Part shown: one piece after another, positions 51,001 to 64,000 of the stretch
How the letters are laid out: every line of letters starts with the position of its first letter
Numbering within the stretch: position 1 is the stretch's first letter
DNA from: Phoronis australis
Taxonomy: Eukaryota; Animalia; Phoronida
DNA: 64,000 nucleotides
Assembly (NCBI GenBank): GCA_002633005.1
Contig: NMRA01000286.1
Coordinates: forward strand, 96,067-160,066
Reading direction: 5' to 3'
Notes under the pieces: model-generated
Seen by the model: the letters and a program-made list of their open reading frames with translations, nothing else
What the model was told of the DNA's origin: nothing
Databases searched by the model: none
Program-made: the position numbers and the translations under genes

Positions 51001-51303
51001 ATCAGAACTGTCAGCGACATGGCCCAGACAATAAGTCTGTACAAGCTTAGGGAAAGTCCTGTTTTAAAAAACAATGATTAAAATGCATTATGCATATTTA
51101 TTACAGTGATGATTAGTAATTTTTTAAACTTCAATTCACATTTTATTTATATAGGGTAGTCACATTTAATCATTAGTTTCTATTTAACGCATCAAAAAGG
51201 TTTTCTTGTTTACCAACAGGTGTCAAATACAAAACAGTGATCACTTTCATTCCCATTCATATTGTTTACCATCTTCAAAGAGAAGTGAGGATCTTAGAAG
51301 GTT

Positions 51304-51500
51304 GTTTTTATGCGCCCACATATTTACATGTGGGTGTATATTGCCGTCATCTCTGTATGGGCGTCCGGCGTAGGTGGCTCTATCTTCTAAGAAGATCTGT
51401 GGCATGTGTGTTCCCATGGGGATGATGACAGAGGGCGACGAGTTTCAGCCTCACCCGAATGCCGTTGTGTCCCCTAGCGGCATTTTTAGTTTTTTACGTT
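51304..51500 (+). mobile_element. HINE-like 5' fragment
   Basis: ttttttatgcgcccacatatttacatgtggg...gccgtcatctc...tcccctagcggc matches the start of the element at 7949. Confidence 0.6.
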
Positions 51501-52421
51501 TGTTTGTACATCCGTCACACTCATAGGTGATTATTTTCGCACAGTTTCTATGATTGGCCAGTCAGCTGTTAGGTGCTTTGTCTTCTAACTTTAACACTAA
51601 CCACCATTTATTTCATCAGGAAGTTGTCGCAATGTTTCACAGAGTTAACAGTCAAGACTGGGTTCAATTCAAGTGCTTGGTTATGTTTTGTAAGCCTTCT
51701 GATGAAAGCGTCAATCAGCTGATTTAAAACTCAGTGTCATGGGTGGCTAGGGTTACATATGCTGGTGGTTTAGAAGCACCACCACAGCAACAACAATCAA
51801 CTGTGACTTCAAGTTGCTTCTTTGCGCATGAGCACTCCAAATTCCTGCCTGTAACTTCTACCTTGCCACAATTTCTGAGTTTTGTGTGACAGTGTGCAAA
51901 CCACCAACCGTTTGACACCAATCATCTTGCACGATGTCAGTTGCGCCATGTCAAATGTTAATTTCTAAATGTGACTGTTTGTGTGTGGGTAATTTTTGGG
52001 GAGAAAAGTAGGTTACTGGTAATCTATATTACATGTTGCATTCTGTGTCAATACTTATGTAAACCAATTTCTATTACAAACTGCTCTGGTTTTAAATGTG
52101 GGATTTAATGACTGCAGACCTGTGTAACAGTAACACTCAGACAGATGTACAATATTGCCTAAAGCATCTGCTGTATTGTGTTGTATGTAGTACATGTTCA
52201 GATTTACTAGAGTGGTTTGAAATGATAATGGTGACTTCATAGGGCTGACAAGTTATGGCAATGTAGTACAATGAGTACACCAAACTCTTTCCACGAGACT
52301 GGACTTTTACGAGAAATGGAAAGTTCACTGTTTGTTGAGTTTGATCTAAAATGATCGAGATTGGATTAGGAATTTCCTGCTTATTGTGTATTACGCAGTA
52401 TATTTTATCTCTTTTTCAGAA

Positions 52422-52673
52422 ATGGGGAAGGATAGCGGTCTTCGGCGCAGAAATGTTAAGGAACGTAAGAACAGCAACGATTCTCAGTCAAGTGGCGAAA
52501 CTGTGGATGGCAGAAATGTGGCCTGCAATGTTGAGGAGTCGTACCCTTTGTTACCCTACATTAAATGCGTGATTTGTGCCCTAGGACTTTTGCCGTTGTG
52601 TTTATTTATGTACCGTGTTCCCATATTCTTTGAGGCAGTGCACGATGCTAATTTATGGTTTATCAACATTCAG
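52422..52673 (+). CDS. DPY19L3: DPY19-family C-mannosyltransferase (DPY19L3-like), first coding exon
   Basis: MGKDSGLRRR...TM helix...HDANLWFINIQ|gtttg, leading into the DPY19 'EVEREISFRTE.GLYYSYYKQ' motif. Confidence 0.85.
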
Positions 52674-53905
52674 GTTTGTTATTGACTTTGCAGTGTTCTA
52701 TTCAACAGCTGTTCATGTCAACATGGAACACTCACTTTGTAATTTTGATTGCCTTTGCAGTCTTAATTGATTAAGGCTGGCGGCTACTGTTGGCGGATCT
52801 TTTTTATTTTCGACGATGGTTCTCTGGAATGCTTTGATGATGTGAGTAGATGTCAGCAAAACTTGGGATATTTTTTTTATCTACTGGGGGACACTATAGC
52901 ATGTCAAAACTGATGTCAGATATTACCTTTACTGTTTACCAAGGACTAACTAAGAAATGGGACGTGTTCATGACAAATCTTTGTGACTCCCCCATTTACC
53001 ACTCATTATAAGTTTCTGTCCTTCAGTGGTCAACGTAGACTAGAGCGGTGGAAAAAATCTGACAAGACCTCTCTCAATTATTGAGTATAGTTTCGGTAGC
53101 CTAGGGTCTTCGATCGCAACACACTCGCTATCACGCCACTAGCTGATATGCAGATCAGATATTTTGAACACCACACCCTCTGGTGCCACACACCCGAGTA
53201 ACCTTACATTGTCCTGGATGTCAGTGGTGGCTTGTAAACATAGTGATGAGAGGTGCCAGCTGATTTAGGTGTTGTGTGGCTGGATGTTTTAATAACAACA
53301 AGAAACATTGGCATCTGAAGTATTACAAGTTCCCAAAAAATCCGGAAGCTAGAAAGTTACGGGTTTGAAACATTGGCAGAGCTGGTAATAAGGGATGATT
53401 GGTCTTAGGGAGCGGAGCCAATCATTGCGAGCATTGTGTATAAACCTGGGTTCTAAGCTTTGTACCCTCATATCAGAAAATGGGCCATAGCCATAACTGC
53501 TAAGGGGTGGTCGGGTTTATTTAAAGTGGGGGTGTATGAAAAAGCTTATGTTTATATTGTCGCCTGCCTCAGTCGTCTGCTTATCGTGTTCACAGCAGAC
53601 TGCTGTGACGTTGACATTTTGGAAAAAGCGCTCATCTGGAACATAGTTGAGTACTATATCGTGGAAAAAATAATAATTTTAATCTTTATTAAACTATTAC
53701 TCATCAGCATATTGAAGCACCATCCAGAAACATGCTTTGGTAGATGTTCAATTCAGTCAGGGGGTCGATACAGTTAAGTGATTGGTATGAGTAATTAAAG
53801 ACCCCTGGCATTAATTGTTTGTTTTCAGAATGTTCCGTTTTCTATTTGCCACTAGGACTTGAATGTATTATCTGATTTACACACGTGCTTGTGGCTTTGT
53901 TGCAG

Positions 53906-53996
53906 GAAGTGGAGAGAGAAATCTCATTCCGCACAGAGTCGGGCCTGTATTACTCTTACTACAAGCAGTTTGTCATGGCTTCTTCTGTCAGGCAAG
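53906..53996 (+). CDS. DPY19L3: DPY19L3-like exon
   Basis: tgcag|GAA GTG...CAA G|gtac; EVEREISFRTESGLYYSYYKQFVMASSVRQ. Confidence 0.92.
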
Positions 53997-54439
53997 GTAC
54001 TCTTTTTTATTTCCTGAAACACTAAATGCACTGTTTGTCAGTCTGACCCATTTGTTAACTAATATCCACATGTCACTGTGTAGTATCTTGAAAGTTATAT
54101 TAAACGTTGCTTCGGTATTATGAATATTACTTCGCGTCATCCAGTTTCACACAGCGGTGAGTGTTTTGATTCAACTTTATGTTGCGTCTCATGGAATCAA
54201 GTCCGGAAATAAGGAAAGTTAACAGTTCTTGCTTTCTATACTTGCACTGTGGCCGAAGTGGTTTTATTTTCTACTTTACCGCTTCACATTTATTTTATCT
54301 TACTTAGAACTTTGCCATTTTTGACCTGCTGGTCTAGCTGTAGAATTTAACTCAGCCTTATTATAGAAATTCCGTAGAAGTTGATTTTTGACTTGATACC
54401 AAACTGCCACTAACTTGGTCATGTGATCTTGCTTTTTAG

Positions 54440-54790
54440 GAAAATTTAACAAAAAAGAAATTTGCATTCAAAGCAAAACTACATGATCAATAACATGACC
54501 AAATTTCGTATGATAATGTTCAAGATAAAATCTCAGATGATGTTATAGTTTTCTAAATCATCGTTTCATTTTCGTTTTATGCAACTTTAATTTTTTTTTA
54601 CAAAAATCCTGTAAGCCTTGTTTTTGATAGCCCTAGTGCAAAAGTGGAACATTTTAAAAACAATTCCTAGCAGGCTTTTGAGAACAGTGTATAAAGCATA
54701 GTATCTGAAATTTTCATTTGAATCCGATCAGGTATAATGTTCCCAAGTTGGCTAAAATTGAACATTTTTCTAAGGTCCTTCATATTAACC
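54440..54790 (-). mobile_element. Kolobok-like element fragment (relative of 9431-9963)
   Basis: Reverse-complement similarity to 9431-9810; ends ...taacc|ttaa. Confidence 0.45.
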
Positions 54791-54914
54791 TTAATAGGAA
54801 GTTGAATTAAAATTCTCAACCCTCACAAATATTGATGCATTATGTGCTGTGAACTTATATTGTTTGATAAGATTTTGTTTTCATTTTGACTGTAATAGTT
54901 ATTCTTTTTTCTAG

Positions 54915-55036
54915 GTCTTTATGAGTTAACACATGACAACATTACAGAACACCCAAGCACTATCAACATCCTGGAGCGTTTCAACATTTACCAAGAGGTG
55001 GTGCTAGGGGTCATCTATAGATATTTTAACATTCAG
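54915..55036 (+). CDS. DPY19L3: DPY19L3-like exon
   Basis: GLYELTHDNITEHPSTINILERFNIYQEVVLGVIYRYFNIQ ('DN.TE...TIN.L.RFNIYQEV' motif). Confidence 0.92.
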
Positions 55037-55635
55037 GTGAGCTTTAACCTTCAAAATGTCTGTTGGTAATCCGCCCTGGATGGGAAAACACTGTTAAGCA
55101 GGAAGACAACCAGTTTTATTGTCATTTTTGGTTTAATTATGATTTTCTGGTTATTCTAGATCAATTGTCAAGGTCATTAAATTACCGAATCATTCCCGGC
55201 CAGCTTCGTTTTTCCAAGTGGAGTCAGCGACCACTAAAACACAAATCGTGTTCATGGTGAAACTGTGCTGGTTGCTGGTCTTGGAGGTGGCTGTGACTAT
55301 TTAAACACACAGGTGATACCAACTTTGTGGCCTTGAGTTACTATAATAGCTGCAGCTTGCGACACTCCTAATAGGTGGCGATGGAACACAGAGGGGTAGT
55401 AACGACGACATGGTACCCTTCTTCAGAACATATTTAGTAGGTGCATTTGTGATCTCTGGGTATGCATCCCTTTCGCAATCCGATGGTAAGAATTGTTTGC
55501 TCGACTCATGATAGTTTTGCACTGTTTTAGCCGCAGTGGCTTGAATAGGAAACATTGTATTCTTGAGTGGAACAAGTCAACTCAACAGATTTTGTTTACC
55601 AATGGAAATCAGTGAAACAGAACTCCTCTGTTTAA

Positions 55636-55739
55636 GGTAAGAGTTGGATATAATATGGCTGCAATTTGAGAAATGGTGTTCTCCACAGGCATCACACCAG
55701 ACCTCAAAATGTGAGAATGTTATATCCAACTATTTCTTA
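55636..55739. mobile_element. Short palindromic (Crypton-like) relic
   Basis: taagagttggatataa ... ttatatccaactatttctta inverted ends. Confidence 0.4.
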
Positions 55740-56083
55740 TGATGATTGCATCTTGGTACTCAACTTCCAAGCATACTGAATAAGACTCAGAGAAAGAAAA
55801 ATAGTCCGAGGTGCATATAAACAAAGCTGTTGGAGAAGAATAATTTGGGTTGCAAACACATGCATAATTAATTAGAACCTGGGTAAAATTCATTTAATGA
55901 TTTATCTAGGTTAACTAAAAAATTGTAATTAACCAATATTGACACTAAAATGGTTGTCTTCCCTTTTGGTGAATAGATCTGGTTTCCCATGCATTATTCT
56001 ATCAGAATCATTTCTTCAGCTGGAGGTCCAAGGAGTGACTGAGCATAAATCTTATATTGAAGGGAGATCAGTCTTGAAGTACA

Positions 56084-56437
56084 AGACTAGAACAATATAG
56101 GGTTCTATAGCTCAGACTAGAACCAGAGAGGGCTCTACAATGGCGGATTAAGAGGGGGGCCAAGGGGACCATGACCACCCCTAAATTCTTCCAGATTCCA
56201 TTGGGCAGTTCCGGGGTGCAAATGTCTGATGGGCAAAATCCTGGCTAATACTCTGCCCTGCCCCCCCCCCTCCTATTCACTCAAAATCTTGGATCCGCCC
56301 TTGCTATAGCTCAGACTAGAACAAGATAGGGTTCTATAACTAAGACTAGAACAAGAGAGGGTTCTATAGCTAAGACTAGAACAAGAGATGGTTCTATAGC
56401 TCATACTAGAGCAAGATAGGGTTCTATGGCTCATAGA
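56084..56437. repeat. 30-bp minisatellite (~6 units) interrupted by a MITE
   Basis: Unit agactagaacaagatagggttctatagctc. Confidence 0.85.
56138..56303. mobile_element. GGCGGAT-type MITE inserted in the minisatellite
   Basis: ctcta|caatggcggatt ... ggatccgcccttg|ctata. Confidence 0.65.
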
Positions 56438-56478
56438 ATATGCCATGAAACTAATGTGTTCCTCCAATGTGTTTCCAG

Positions 56479-56618
56479 ACAGAGCCGATCTATTTCTACA
56501 TCCGCACTGTATTTAACCTTCAAGGTGTGCTGGTTGGCGCCGTCTATGTGCTAACATGGATGTTATCTGGAAGCTGGCTGAGTGGTTCCCTGGCGGTGCT
56601 CTTTTATCTTGTCAACAG
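56479..56618 (+). CDS. DPY19L3: DPY19L3-like exon
   Basis: TEPIYFYIRTVFNLQGVLVGAVYVLTWMLSGSWLSGSLAVLFYLVN(R). Confidence 0.9.
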
Positions 56619-57541
56619 GTAGCCACGGGGATAGCATTTGTTACAGCATGTCACATACACTCAGTTCTCTCACGATGTCATCAGTAATACACGTTAAAGT
56701 CTGGCCATTTGAGTGTTAATCGTTGAGTGTTAGTCGTTGAGGGCTAGTAGGTTAGTACGTTGTATCTGCACTCACAGAAACAGGGTTATCAATAACTTAG
56801 TCAAACAAATGAATGCAGAATGTTATATGCAGTATACACAGTTACTACACACAAAATATATCAACACCGTTAGACTCTCAATCACTGGGTGACGGGCAAA
56901 TGTGTAATAACAGAAGGTGTGGAAAATCAATGGTATACAAGCAAGCTATCCAGACTCAACTACCAACTTGTGTTTGCCTCTAAAACTATCAGAATACAAA
57001 GTTTAATTGGTTTACCACAAAACCCTGGAGACTGACAAACTGGTGCCAACGGGTGCTTAGATAACACTAAATGTGTATTCTGCTTTGGTGCTACTTAGCA
57101 ATATGTGATGACAAATATTTTTAAAGTCTGCCATGTTTTGTCCTAAGTTGGTGAGATTTACCTCATTCTTGAATCTGTACTTGCAGGTTTTTGCAGTTTT
57201 CAGGGCTTGTAATTTTCCTTTTTTTGGTTTCGATTTCCTCCTATTTGATTTCAAGTTCTCTCTTTTTGTCTTTTTTCCTTATTTTGACTTTATTCATACT
57301 GCAACACACACAAGCCCATTTATTTGTGGAATTAATATTACCTGGAAAAAATTTTCTTCTTTTTGTCATTGGTCTGGAATTTTTATCAGAAATCAGTTTT
57401 GATAACACTGAGTCTATAAAACTGTTGTCTTCATTTTTCACAATGCAAAAACTTACCAGAAAAACATGTCACAATAGAAATGTCACTGTGATAACATTTT
57501 ATTTGGACTTCCCTTGCAGTTATGAGCCAAAACGCTGGCAC

Positions 57542-58140
57542 TTTTTTGTGCGCCTGCATATTTTAATGTGGGTGCATGTTGCCGTGATCTCTGTCTGGGT
57601 GTCCGGAATCTGCAGCTGTATCTCCTAAGCCCCTCACAGGATCTTGATGAGATTTGGCAGATACATTCCTTTCACACTGACAACAGATGACGACAAATTT
57701 CAAACGAGTCCAACTTCCGGTGTGCCCCCTAGTGGCAATTTTAGTTTTTTCACTTTTACCTCTGTATGGATTTTTATGAAACTTGTCACATAGGCACTTA
57801 TTAAAGATGACGCTATCCATTTTCGGATGGACTCAAGATATTTTCTGCCACTTAGTGGTCATTTTTACTGTTTTCAAGTTTGTTTTTTGGCGTCCACCCA
57901 TCTGTCAACCAAAGGATGTTTTTAAAAATTGGCATTATATGTTCTACTGTGAAGAGGACAGCTGACAAATGCTGTGCCCCCTGGTGACAATTTCATTTTT
58001 TTCCATTTTCCTCTGTTTCTCTTAAGTTTCTTGACGGATTTTCATGAAATTTAACAAATAGCTTTCAATTAAAGAAAAAATGGCATGTTCCCGTTTTTGG
58101 ATGGATTTGAAGTATTTTGCGCCACCTAGTAACCATTTAT
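57542..58140 (+). mobile_element. HINE-like copy (diverged)
   Basis: ttttttgtgcgcctgcatattttaatgtgggtgcat...gtgccccctagtggcaattttag core repeats. Confidence 0.65.
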
Positions 58141-58277
58141 AGGATACAAATAAACACCTCTTGATGCACACTGTTTGCAGTGCATTTGTGGGTGCATTTC
58201 AAGGCTACACATTGCTCTTGTCTAACAACAAAAGCGTGTTACTTATTGTTCTTAGTGGTGTTCTTTTATCATTGCAG

Positions 58278-58398
58278 GATGGACGTCACTCGAGCTGACT
58301 ATAGTATTCCATTAAGAGAAAACTGGTCCCTGCCTTTTTTGTGGCTGCAACAGATTTGTCTCACCTACTATTTTAGAAGCACAGTGTCAGTAAAACAT
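58278..58398 (+). CDS. DPY19L3: DPY19L3-like exon
   Basis: MDVTRADYSIPLRENWSLPFLWLQ ('TR....PLRENW.LPF' DPY19 motif). Confidence 0.92.
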
Positions 58399-59341
58399 GT
58401 AAGTAAGGTGCTTAGGCTTTAAATGGCAATTTCTCAATTTTTTACTGCTAAGACATGGTTAATTTTGAGTCCACACATACGAAAGACTAGTTCTACACTT
58501 GTAGGGTAATGTTTAATGACAACTGAATGACCTTTTACACAAAGCAACTGTTAAAATGTTATTAGCACCAACTGGATACTTTGGTCTGGTGTACAAGCTG
58601 AAATGTAATCGGCCGTAATCTTTCTTACAAAAGTGCTAACGCATCACACGATTCAGTTGACTATTTAGCTAAGAAATGCTTAATTGTCATCAAGGTCGGG
58701 TATGCCATGAATGGTTCAGTTTTGAAGATAGTAATAAAACAGACCGATCGAATTTTACTAGTAAAACAATTATTACTCAGTCTGATAGAACAATTAAAAT
58801 CAATGTAATTCTATTCAAGGTTTTGAGGCACCAAACTTGATTTAATTGAAACTTGACTCAAAAATCCACCAATCACATGTTTCACTTTCACATTTCTTGG
58901 TATTTAGCATTTCTGGAAAATTATTAAAAATGGTTGTTTCAGTTTATTTTTCCTAAGTTAATGAACTCGACAATGTATCCAATTAAAGCAATGTTTCCGA
59001 GTCTGAGCTGGCTGCCTGATGTTGTGGAAAGCAAGAGGCGTCATATACACAAAGGATTTTGAGATCATAGTGGCCATCCCGAGCAACACTTCATTTTCGC
59101 AGCATATTAAACAGCCTGAAGTTCACTGTATCAAAGTTACGAGTAAACAGATACCGTCCATCCAAAATCAGCATCAAGCTTACGAAGCTGACGACTGATT
59201 ACCTGTGACCGTTTCTGCTGGATTTTGTGTTAAAAGGCTTGTTTCCTAAAAATCTCAGCGATGCACACACATTGAGTTACTATTTACTACAAGGTATATT
59301 GTGTGTCATTTGATATTGATTATTTCCCCTTGACGTTTCAG

Positions 59342-59476
59342 TATGGCTGTATAGCGGCCATCTTCCTCTGTACATTCCTCTTCAACATCACTTGGCAGTT
59401 TACGCAGTTCACCCTACTTCTCCAATCTATGGCTACATTTGGAGCCTGGGCACTCATGTTTATTTCTACCAAAAAG
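59342..59476 (+). CDS. DPY19L3: DPY19L3-like exon
   Basis: YGCIAAIFLCTFLFNITWQFTQFTLLLQ...ISTKK ('WQF.QF..L.Q' motif). Confidence 0.9.
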
Positions 59477-60274
59477 GTGTGTTATATTTATTAATCTTAA
59501 TAACATTATTTACGCAAAATTGTTTAAAGACACGACAAAGCTGTCTGTTTTCAACTCTAATGCACCCTTTCTAAAACTCACGGCATATTTGTCGATCCCA
59601 AAAGAGAAACAATAGGCATTTCTTCTTTAAGGTTAATTTGATTGTCAAAGTTGGTTTTACTGATGAGACTGTAACATCTCTCCACAAGCTCATCTTGTGG
59701 CTTAGTTTACTTTGGACAAGCTTTCATCTGTGTTCACATATGAACTGTTTGTTATGTGATCTACTGTTGCTCTTTTGAGGATCAGCAAATATACGGTCAG
59801 TTGGAGAGGCTTGTATCGAAGTTGTAAATAACCTCCACTAGTGTTTCTTCAACCAATTTTGTTGCTGTTGAATTGTTCTAACTTTTTTTATTAGTTTGTT
59901 AACTGTAACATAGATGGCGTAGTCTGTTCAGTTTGGTTGCGTGTCCTGCCCAAAGTCTGAGTAGGTAATGCGAAAAGAAAATCTTGACTTTAACTGACGT
60001 CCCTTGCACAGGCTGCACTTGGGGCCAATAATTTGCCAAAACAGTATCAAAATATGTGTATTTAATTAATAAATTAGCAATTTGTCTATCGTTACTGAAA
60101 TCTACTGGCACGATGGCGTTGCAGTAACCAACGCATGTAAATCACTGGTACAAAAAGGTACAAAGTTGTTTTGTCAAAAATTAAACTTTTTGATATTTTG
60201 ACTTACAAAACATGGTGCATTTTGATTCAAGATGACGCTTCAATGTCATTGGTCAGTGGTGACTACCGTTGCAG

Positions 60275-60406
60275 GTGGTAGTGATGTACATATGCATCTT
60301 CATCTCTCTACTATGCGTGTGTGCTCTGCAGTTCTTTCACAAGATGATCCTCGGTTCTCTCGTCGTTGCCTTCATTCCTGCTGCCTTCATAGTCATGGCT
60401 GTTTCG
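60275..60406 (+). CDS. DPY19L3: DPY19L3-like exon
   Basis: VVVMYICIFISLLCVCALQFFHKMILGSLVVAFIPAAFIVMAVS; phase 0-0. Confidence 0.88.
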
Positions 60407-60998
60407 GTCAGTATTTCTTTGCAACCCGTTTCATCAAAAGTATTAATTACCTAGTCAGAGATTTTGTTAAGTGTCTGCCATCGGACTGTGTCTGATTTAC
60501 TTTCACAATATCTGATTGATTTTAGTTAAGTCCACGCATTTGCCCGATTTAGTTCTGGGAATGTCAATGGCACTTTTATTTCTACTGCAGTAACTGTCCT
60601 CTCCTTAGATGGGTGTATACACCACTTCACGGCGCCGCAGACTCTGGGTTTTTTGTGAAAATTTGAACTCCAAGTTATGGAATCCAGTATAAACTCCTTC
60701 AATGGGGAATTTTGTTTGGCTGATTTTCAAAATGTCCTGACACTTAGGGAAAAAAGGTCCAGGACCTAGAAAAAATAGCAAAATCTCTGCCCAGTATTGC
60801 ATTGTCATTATATACCTTAACTGATGGAGGACTTTTGATAATGCAAAATATCTTTTCTTCAATTTGTAGATTATGTCTGTAATAGCGAACTTTTCAGGTT
60901 ATTTTTTTACTGTAGACTTCGTACTGATTGGAAGTTGGAAACAGCAATTCCTTTTGTTTGAAATTGATCAGTTGATTTATTACATCCTTTTCTTTCAG

Positions 60999-61112
60999 GA
61001 CAAACTACAGCTGAAGCAACAGAAATCTGGTGTAGTTAAATCACTCGCCGTGGTCTTCACAGAATCTGTCTCAGTTCTCACCCTCATGATTGTTATTAGC
61101 ACCCTGATTAAG
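60999..61112 (+). CDS. DPY19L3: DPY19L3-like exon
   Basis: tttcag|GAC AAA...AAG|gtaat; TM segment; phase 0-0. Confidence 0.82.
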
Positions 61113-61676
61113 GTAATAAAAATCGATGTGGAAAAAACAGTAGATTAAATAAGTCCAGTGAATTGTTGTGGTGCCTAAACTCAATATGCTTTGAGCAATA
61201 TTCTCTTGCTTTTAAATGGAACTAGCAAGCTAATTCATAATCTCTGTGATTCCTTGGCCAAACTAGTTGAATATGAAGTAGGTTGAAAATTGCCAAATGT
61301 TTCTAATAACGAAGTTTGTGGCGAAAATGATCCGCCGCCAAATCAGAGAACAGTGTCCAGTGAGTATCGTGACGTGGTGCTGGGGAATAACACTGCATGA
61401 TGTGGGCTATGTGAGCTCCTGAGGTACGTTATTAGTGCAAAGGTACCCTGTTTGCAGAATTTTTTATTTCACATTTACAAGTTGTCAATGAATACAACTG
61501 CACTTTGTTTAGAGAAGATGATGTTCAAATAGCATAGATTGCCGTTTAGTTCCTGCTATACATTAGCATACTTAGTAGCTTGGAAATACGTCTTTAACCT
61601 TTAGCTAGGTATTCAAAGCTGATACAAACCCTGCCTTCTGTCAAAAAAACCTTAACAGTAATTTCGATTTAGACTT

Positions 61677-61847
61677 CTTACCTCTCTCAAAAGTGCTTAC
61701 TTAGAGTAGAAATGATTACTGGGTTTGTGAAGAATGGGCTCGACATGTCGAGTTGACCCTCCGGCTGAGCGCGGCCTTAAGAAAAGTTGAACTGCGACGT
61801 CTTTCCAAACCCAGAAATCACTTCTAACCTAAGTGAGGGATAATAAG
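61677..61847. mobile_element. Palindromic (Crypton-like) non-autonomous element
   Basis: acttagagtagaaatgattactgggtttgtgaaga / tctttccaaacccagaaatcacttctaacctaagt inverted arms. Confidence 0.5.
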
Positions 61848-62487
61848 TGGTCAGAAGGCTTGTTTACAGCTGCTTTAAAATTCTATGTTTTGTGCAATAT
61901 TTAGTAATGACTGGCAAAATATTCAACTAAGGACTGAGTGAAAATGATGAGAAGATGGTACAGTTTTTATGGTATTTTGTATTTTGGAGAGGAATCTTCC
62001 TCTTGAAGCGTATGTTCAATAATTGTCTTGTGTCTTGTATTTCTAGGAAAATTTAAGTTGGAATTCGACCTTTAATATCGCAATGAAATGTGATTTTTGC
62101 AAAAGTGTGACTTATTTCCAGTCAAAATTACCTTGAATTACTCAACTGCATTCAAGCTGCAAAAAGATTGTAAATCAAATTTATTCTGTCTCGGATTAAA
62201 CTTAAATTTCTTTCAAGTTCCTGACAAGTTTTGATTAGTTGTTTAATAAAAACCCAGCATGCTGCCAAAGAGTTTCTTTTTGCAGCCAAAATTTGCCCAG
62301 TCGCGCTCTATAAGTTTTATCCAACAGTAACCATTTTGTTGTAATTTTCACCTTACTGTACCTTTTTAACATGCTTTCCGTGTAGTCCAGTTCTTTCGTT
62401 TAAAAATTTCTCTAATTAGCAAATACTTACCTTATCCGAATAAATAGCATCAGGCGTGTGATGGAAAGTCTGATTCTCTCTCAACAG

Positions 62488-62723
62488 GCTGTAATTCAGT
62501 TGGATGCTGACGAGCATATCTTCAAGTTTGTTCTCAACAAACTGGGACTAGGCACGTATTCGCTTGACTTTGATGTCCGACTATATATGTGTAATGGAGC
62601 GTTCGAGGCCCTACCCTGGGACACGTTCGGCAGGCTGACGTCAAATTACATGTTTCCCTGCTATGCCATTTCTCACGCGATACTGCTGTTAGCAGTTGTG
62701 TGGGGTTTTGTACAAAGGACAAG
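62488..62723 (+). CDS. DPY19L3: DPY19L3-like exon
   Basis: AVIQLDADEHIFKFVLNKLGLG...DFDVRLYMCNGAF ('DEHIFKF..K.G...DFD..LY.C' motif). Confidence 0.92.
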
Positions 62724-63653
62724 GTACAGTGTCTGAAATGCATTCTGTAGCCCTGCAGTTGTGATGAGAAATCTTCATATTCAGTGAACAGTGAATTCTG
62801 ATTCAGCATCCCAACCTCGCCGACCAATCACTGTAGTGGCCACAATTTTGCTAGGCTATGTGTGTAACACTTCGGTTTCACTCCCATGGTCTTGAGTAAT
62901 TTTGCAAGTTGTTTACTTCACGGAATTTGTGTACCTCCGACAGAATTGTAGTCATAACAATGCCACTTTGTCTCACGTACCATGAGTCATCACAAAGTTA
63001 ATTCAGTTGTTGTATGTAATTTTATTGTTATGATCACATACTTTTCGTGCTAGGAACTTGGTGTACAGTACGCACCCTTGGTAGTCAAGGCCGCTGGGTC
63101 AACTATTACATAAACAACATGAAAGTCCTAGCTCCAAGACAACCAGACTTTACTTGAGACAACTTGAAAATCAACCAGTTGTGCATCGTGCTTTTAGTAA
63201 ACTTCCAAGTATCACGTGATGTGATTGGTCAATATTTGAGTTGAGTTATGATTAAAGATTGGGGTGTGGTTTCGGGGGCATGGTCGTGGTAAAAATTTAA
63301 TTTCATTTATCCAGTGTATTCTTCACTCCAAAAGTTTCTGCCAGTGGTCAGGAGTAATATTTCTTTACCAACCACAAACAGCTCAACTTCAGTGTAAACA
63401 CTTTCTTACAATCAGATAAGTGACCTTTATAAAATTTTCTTACGAGTTAACAGAGTTGTAGGTCAGTAATTGATCAAAGAGGTACATTACCTGTGACTTG
63501 ATTTAATTAAACTATTATGGGAAATTCTGTCAAATATCAATGCTTAGTTTGTTAGCATCAAACACATGATTGTATTTAATTGTAAAACGCTCGTTTTGAT
63601 TTGATGATCTGTGTAATATCTTGTTTGATAATTGTTTCTTGTTTTTCTGACAG

Positions 63654-63882
63654 GGTTAGCCCATCGGCCAATTGTCCTCTGTTTTCTGACTGTCCAGAGT
63701 GGACGTTCCATATCATCCAGTGTGTATTCTTCGGAGCGCTTGCCATGTCCACTCAAAGAATGAGGTACTTCTGGATACCCTACATGTGTATCCTCGCCAG
63801 TGCCGCCATATCTCACCGTGCATTCTGGGATGTGTTATGGGACAAACTGGCGGGTGGAAGGGACCTTGTTCGTAAACTAGGG
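63654..63882 (+). CDS. DPY19L3: DPY19L3-like exon; gene continues beyond window
   Basis: PEWTFHIIQCVFFGALAMSTQRMRYFWIPYMCILAS; donor GGG|gtatgt. Confidence 0.88.
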
Positions 63883-64000
63883 GTATGTAAAATCTGTATA
63901 GCATAATAGCTTTTATCCTATATATGTTTGAATATGGGTCTCATTGGGACATTTCGAGATGAAATGAATTCTCTATAGGATATAGCAATAGTATTCCTGT

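Noticed and set aside
51695-51735. Hammerhead-like ctgatga...aaac
   Set aside because: Stem II and the GAAA core are not properly formed
57057-57628. Hydrophobic 145-aa and Lys-rich ORFs
   Set aside because: Low-complexity T-rich intron sequence running into a repeat; not part of the DPY19L3 exon chain

Overview
This is AT-rich, intron-containing eukaryotic genomic DNA from an invertebrate animal; the repeat types suggest a mollusc or other lophotrochozoan (inference). Four protein-coding loci can be assembled from GT-AG exons in consistent phase. (1) The 3' part of a voltage-gated K+ channel beta subunit (Kv-beta/KCNAB, aldo-keto reductase fold; + strand, 327-12591). (2) A complete PIH1D1-like R2TP co-chaperone gene (- strand, 32641-24926), with one exon present twice across a single N, probably an assembly artefact. 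(3) An unusual gene (- strand, 39818 to ~37679) joining a signal peptide, half a C-type lectin domain and a TLDc domain, with an apparent +1 frameshift. (4) The 5' part of a DPY19L3-like C-mannosyltransferase (+ strand, 52422 to beyond the window end). Introns and intergenic DNA are full of non-autonomous DNA elements. These include a HINE/DINE-1-like family carrying arrays of CTCF-like motifs, 5-bp-TSD MITEs, TTAA- and TA-flanked MITEs, palindromic elements and a TIR element that encloses a tRNA-like cassette. Most short ORFs in the track are spurious. All calls were made by eye, with no database search.
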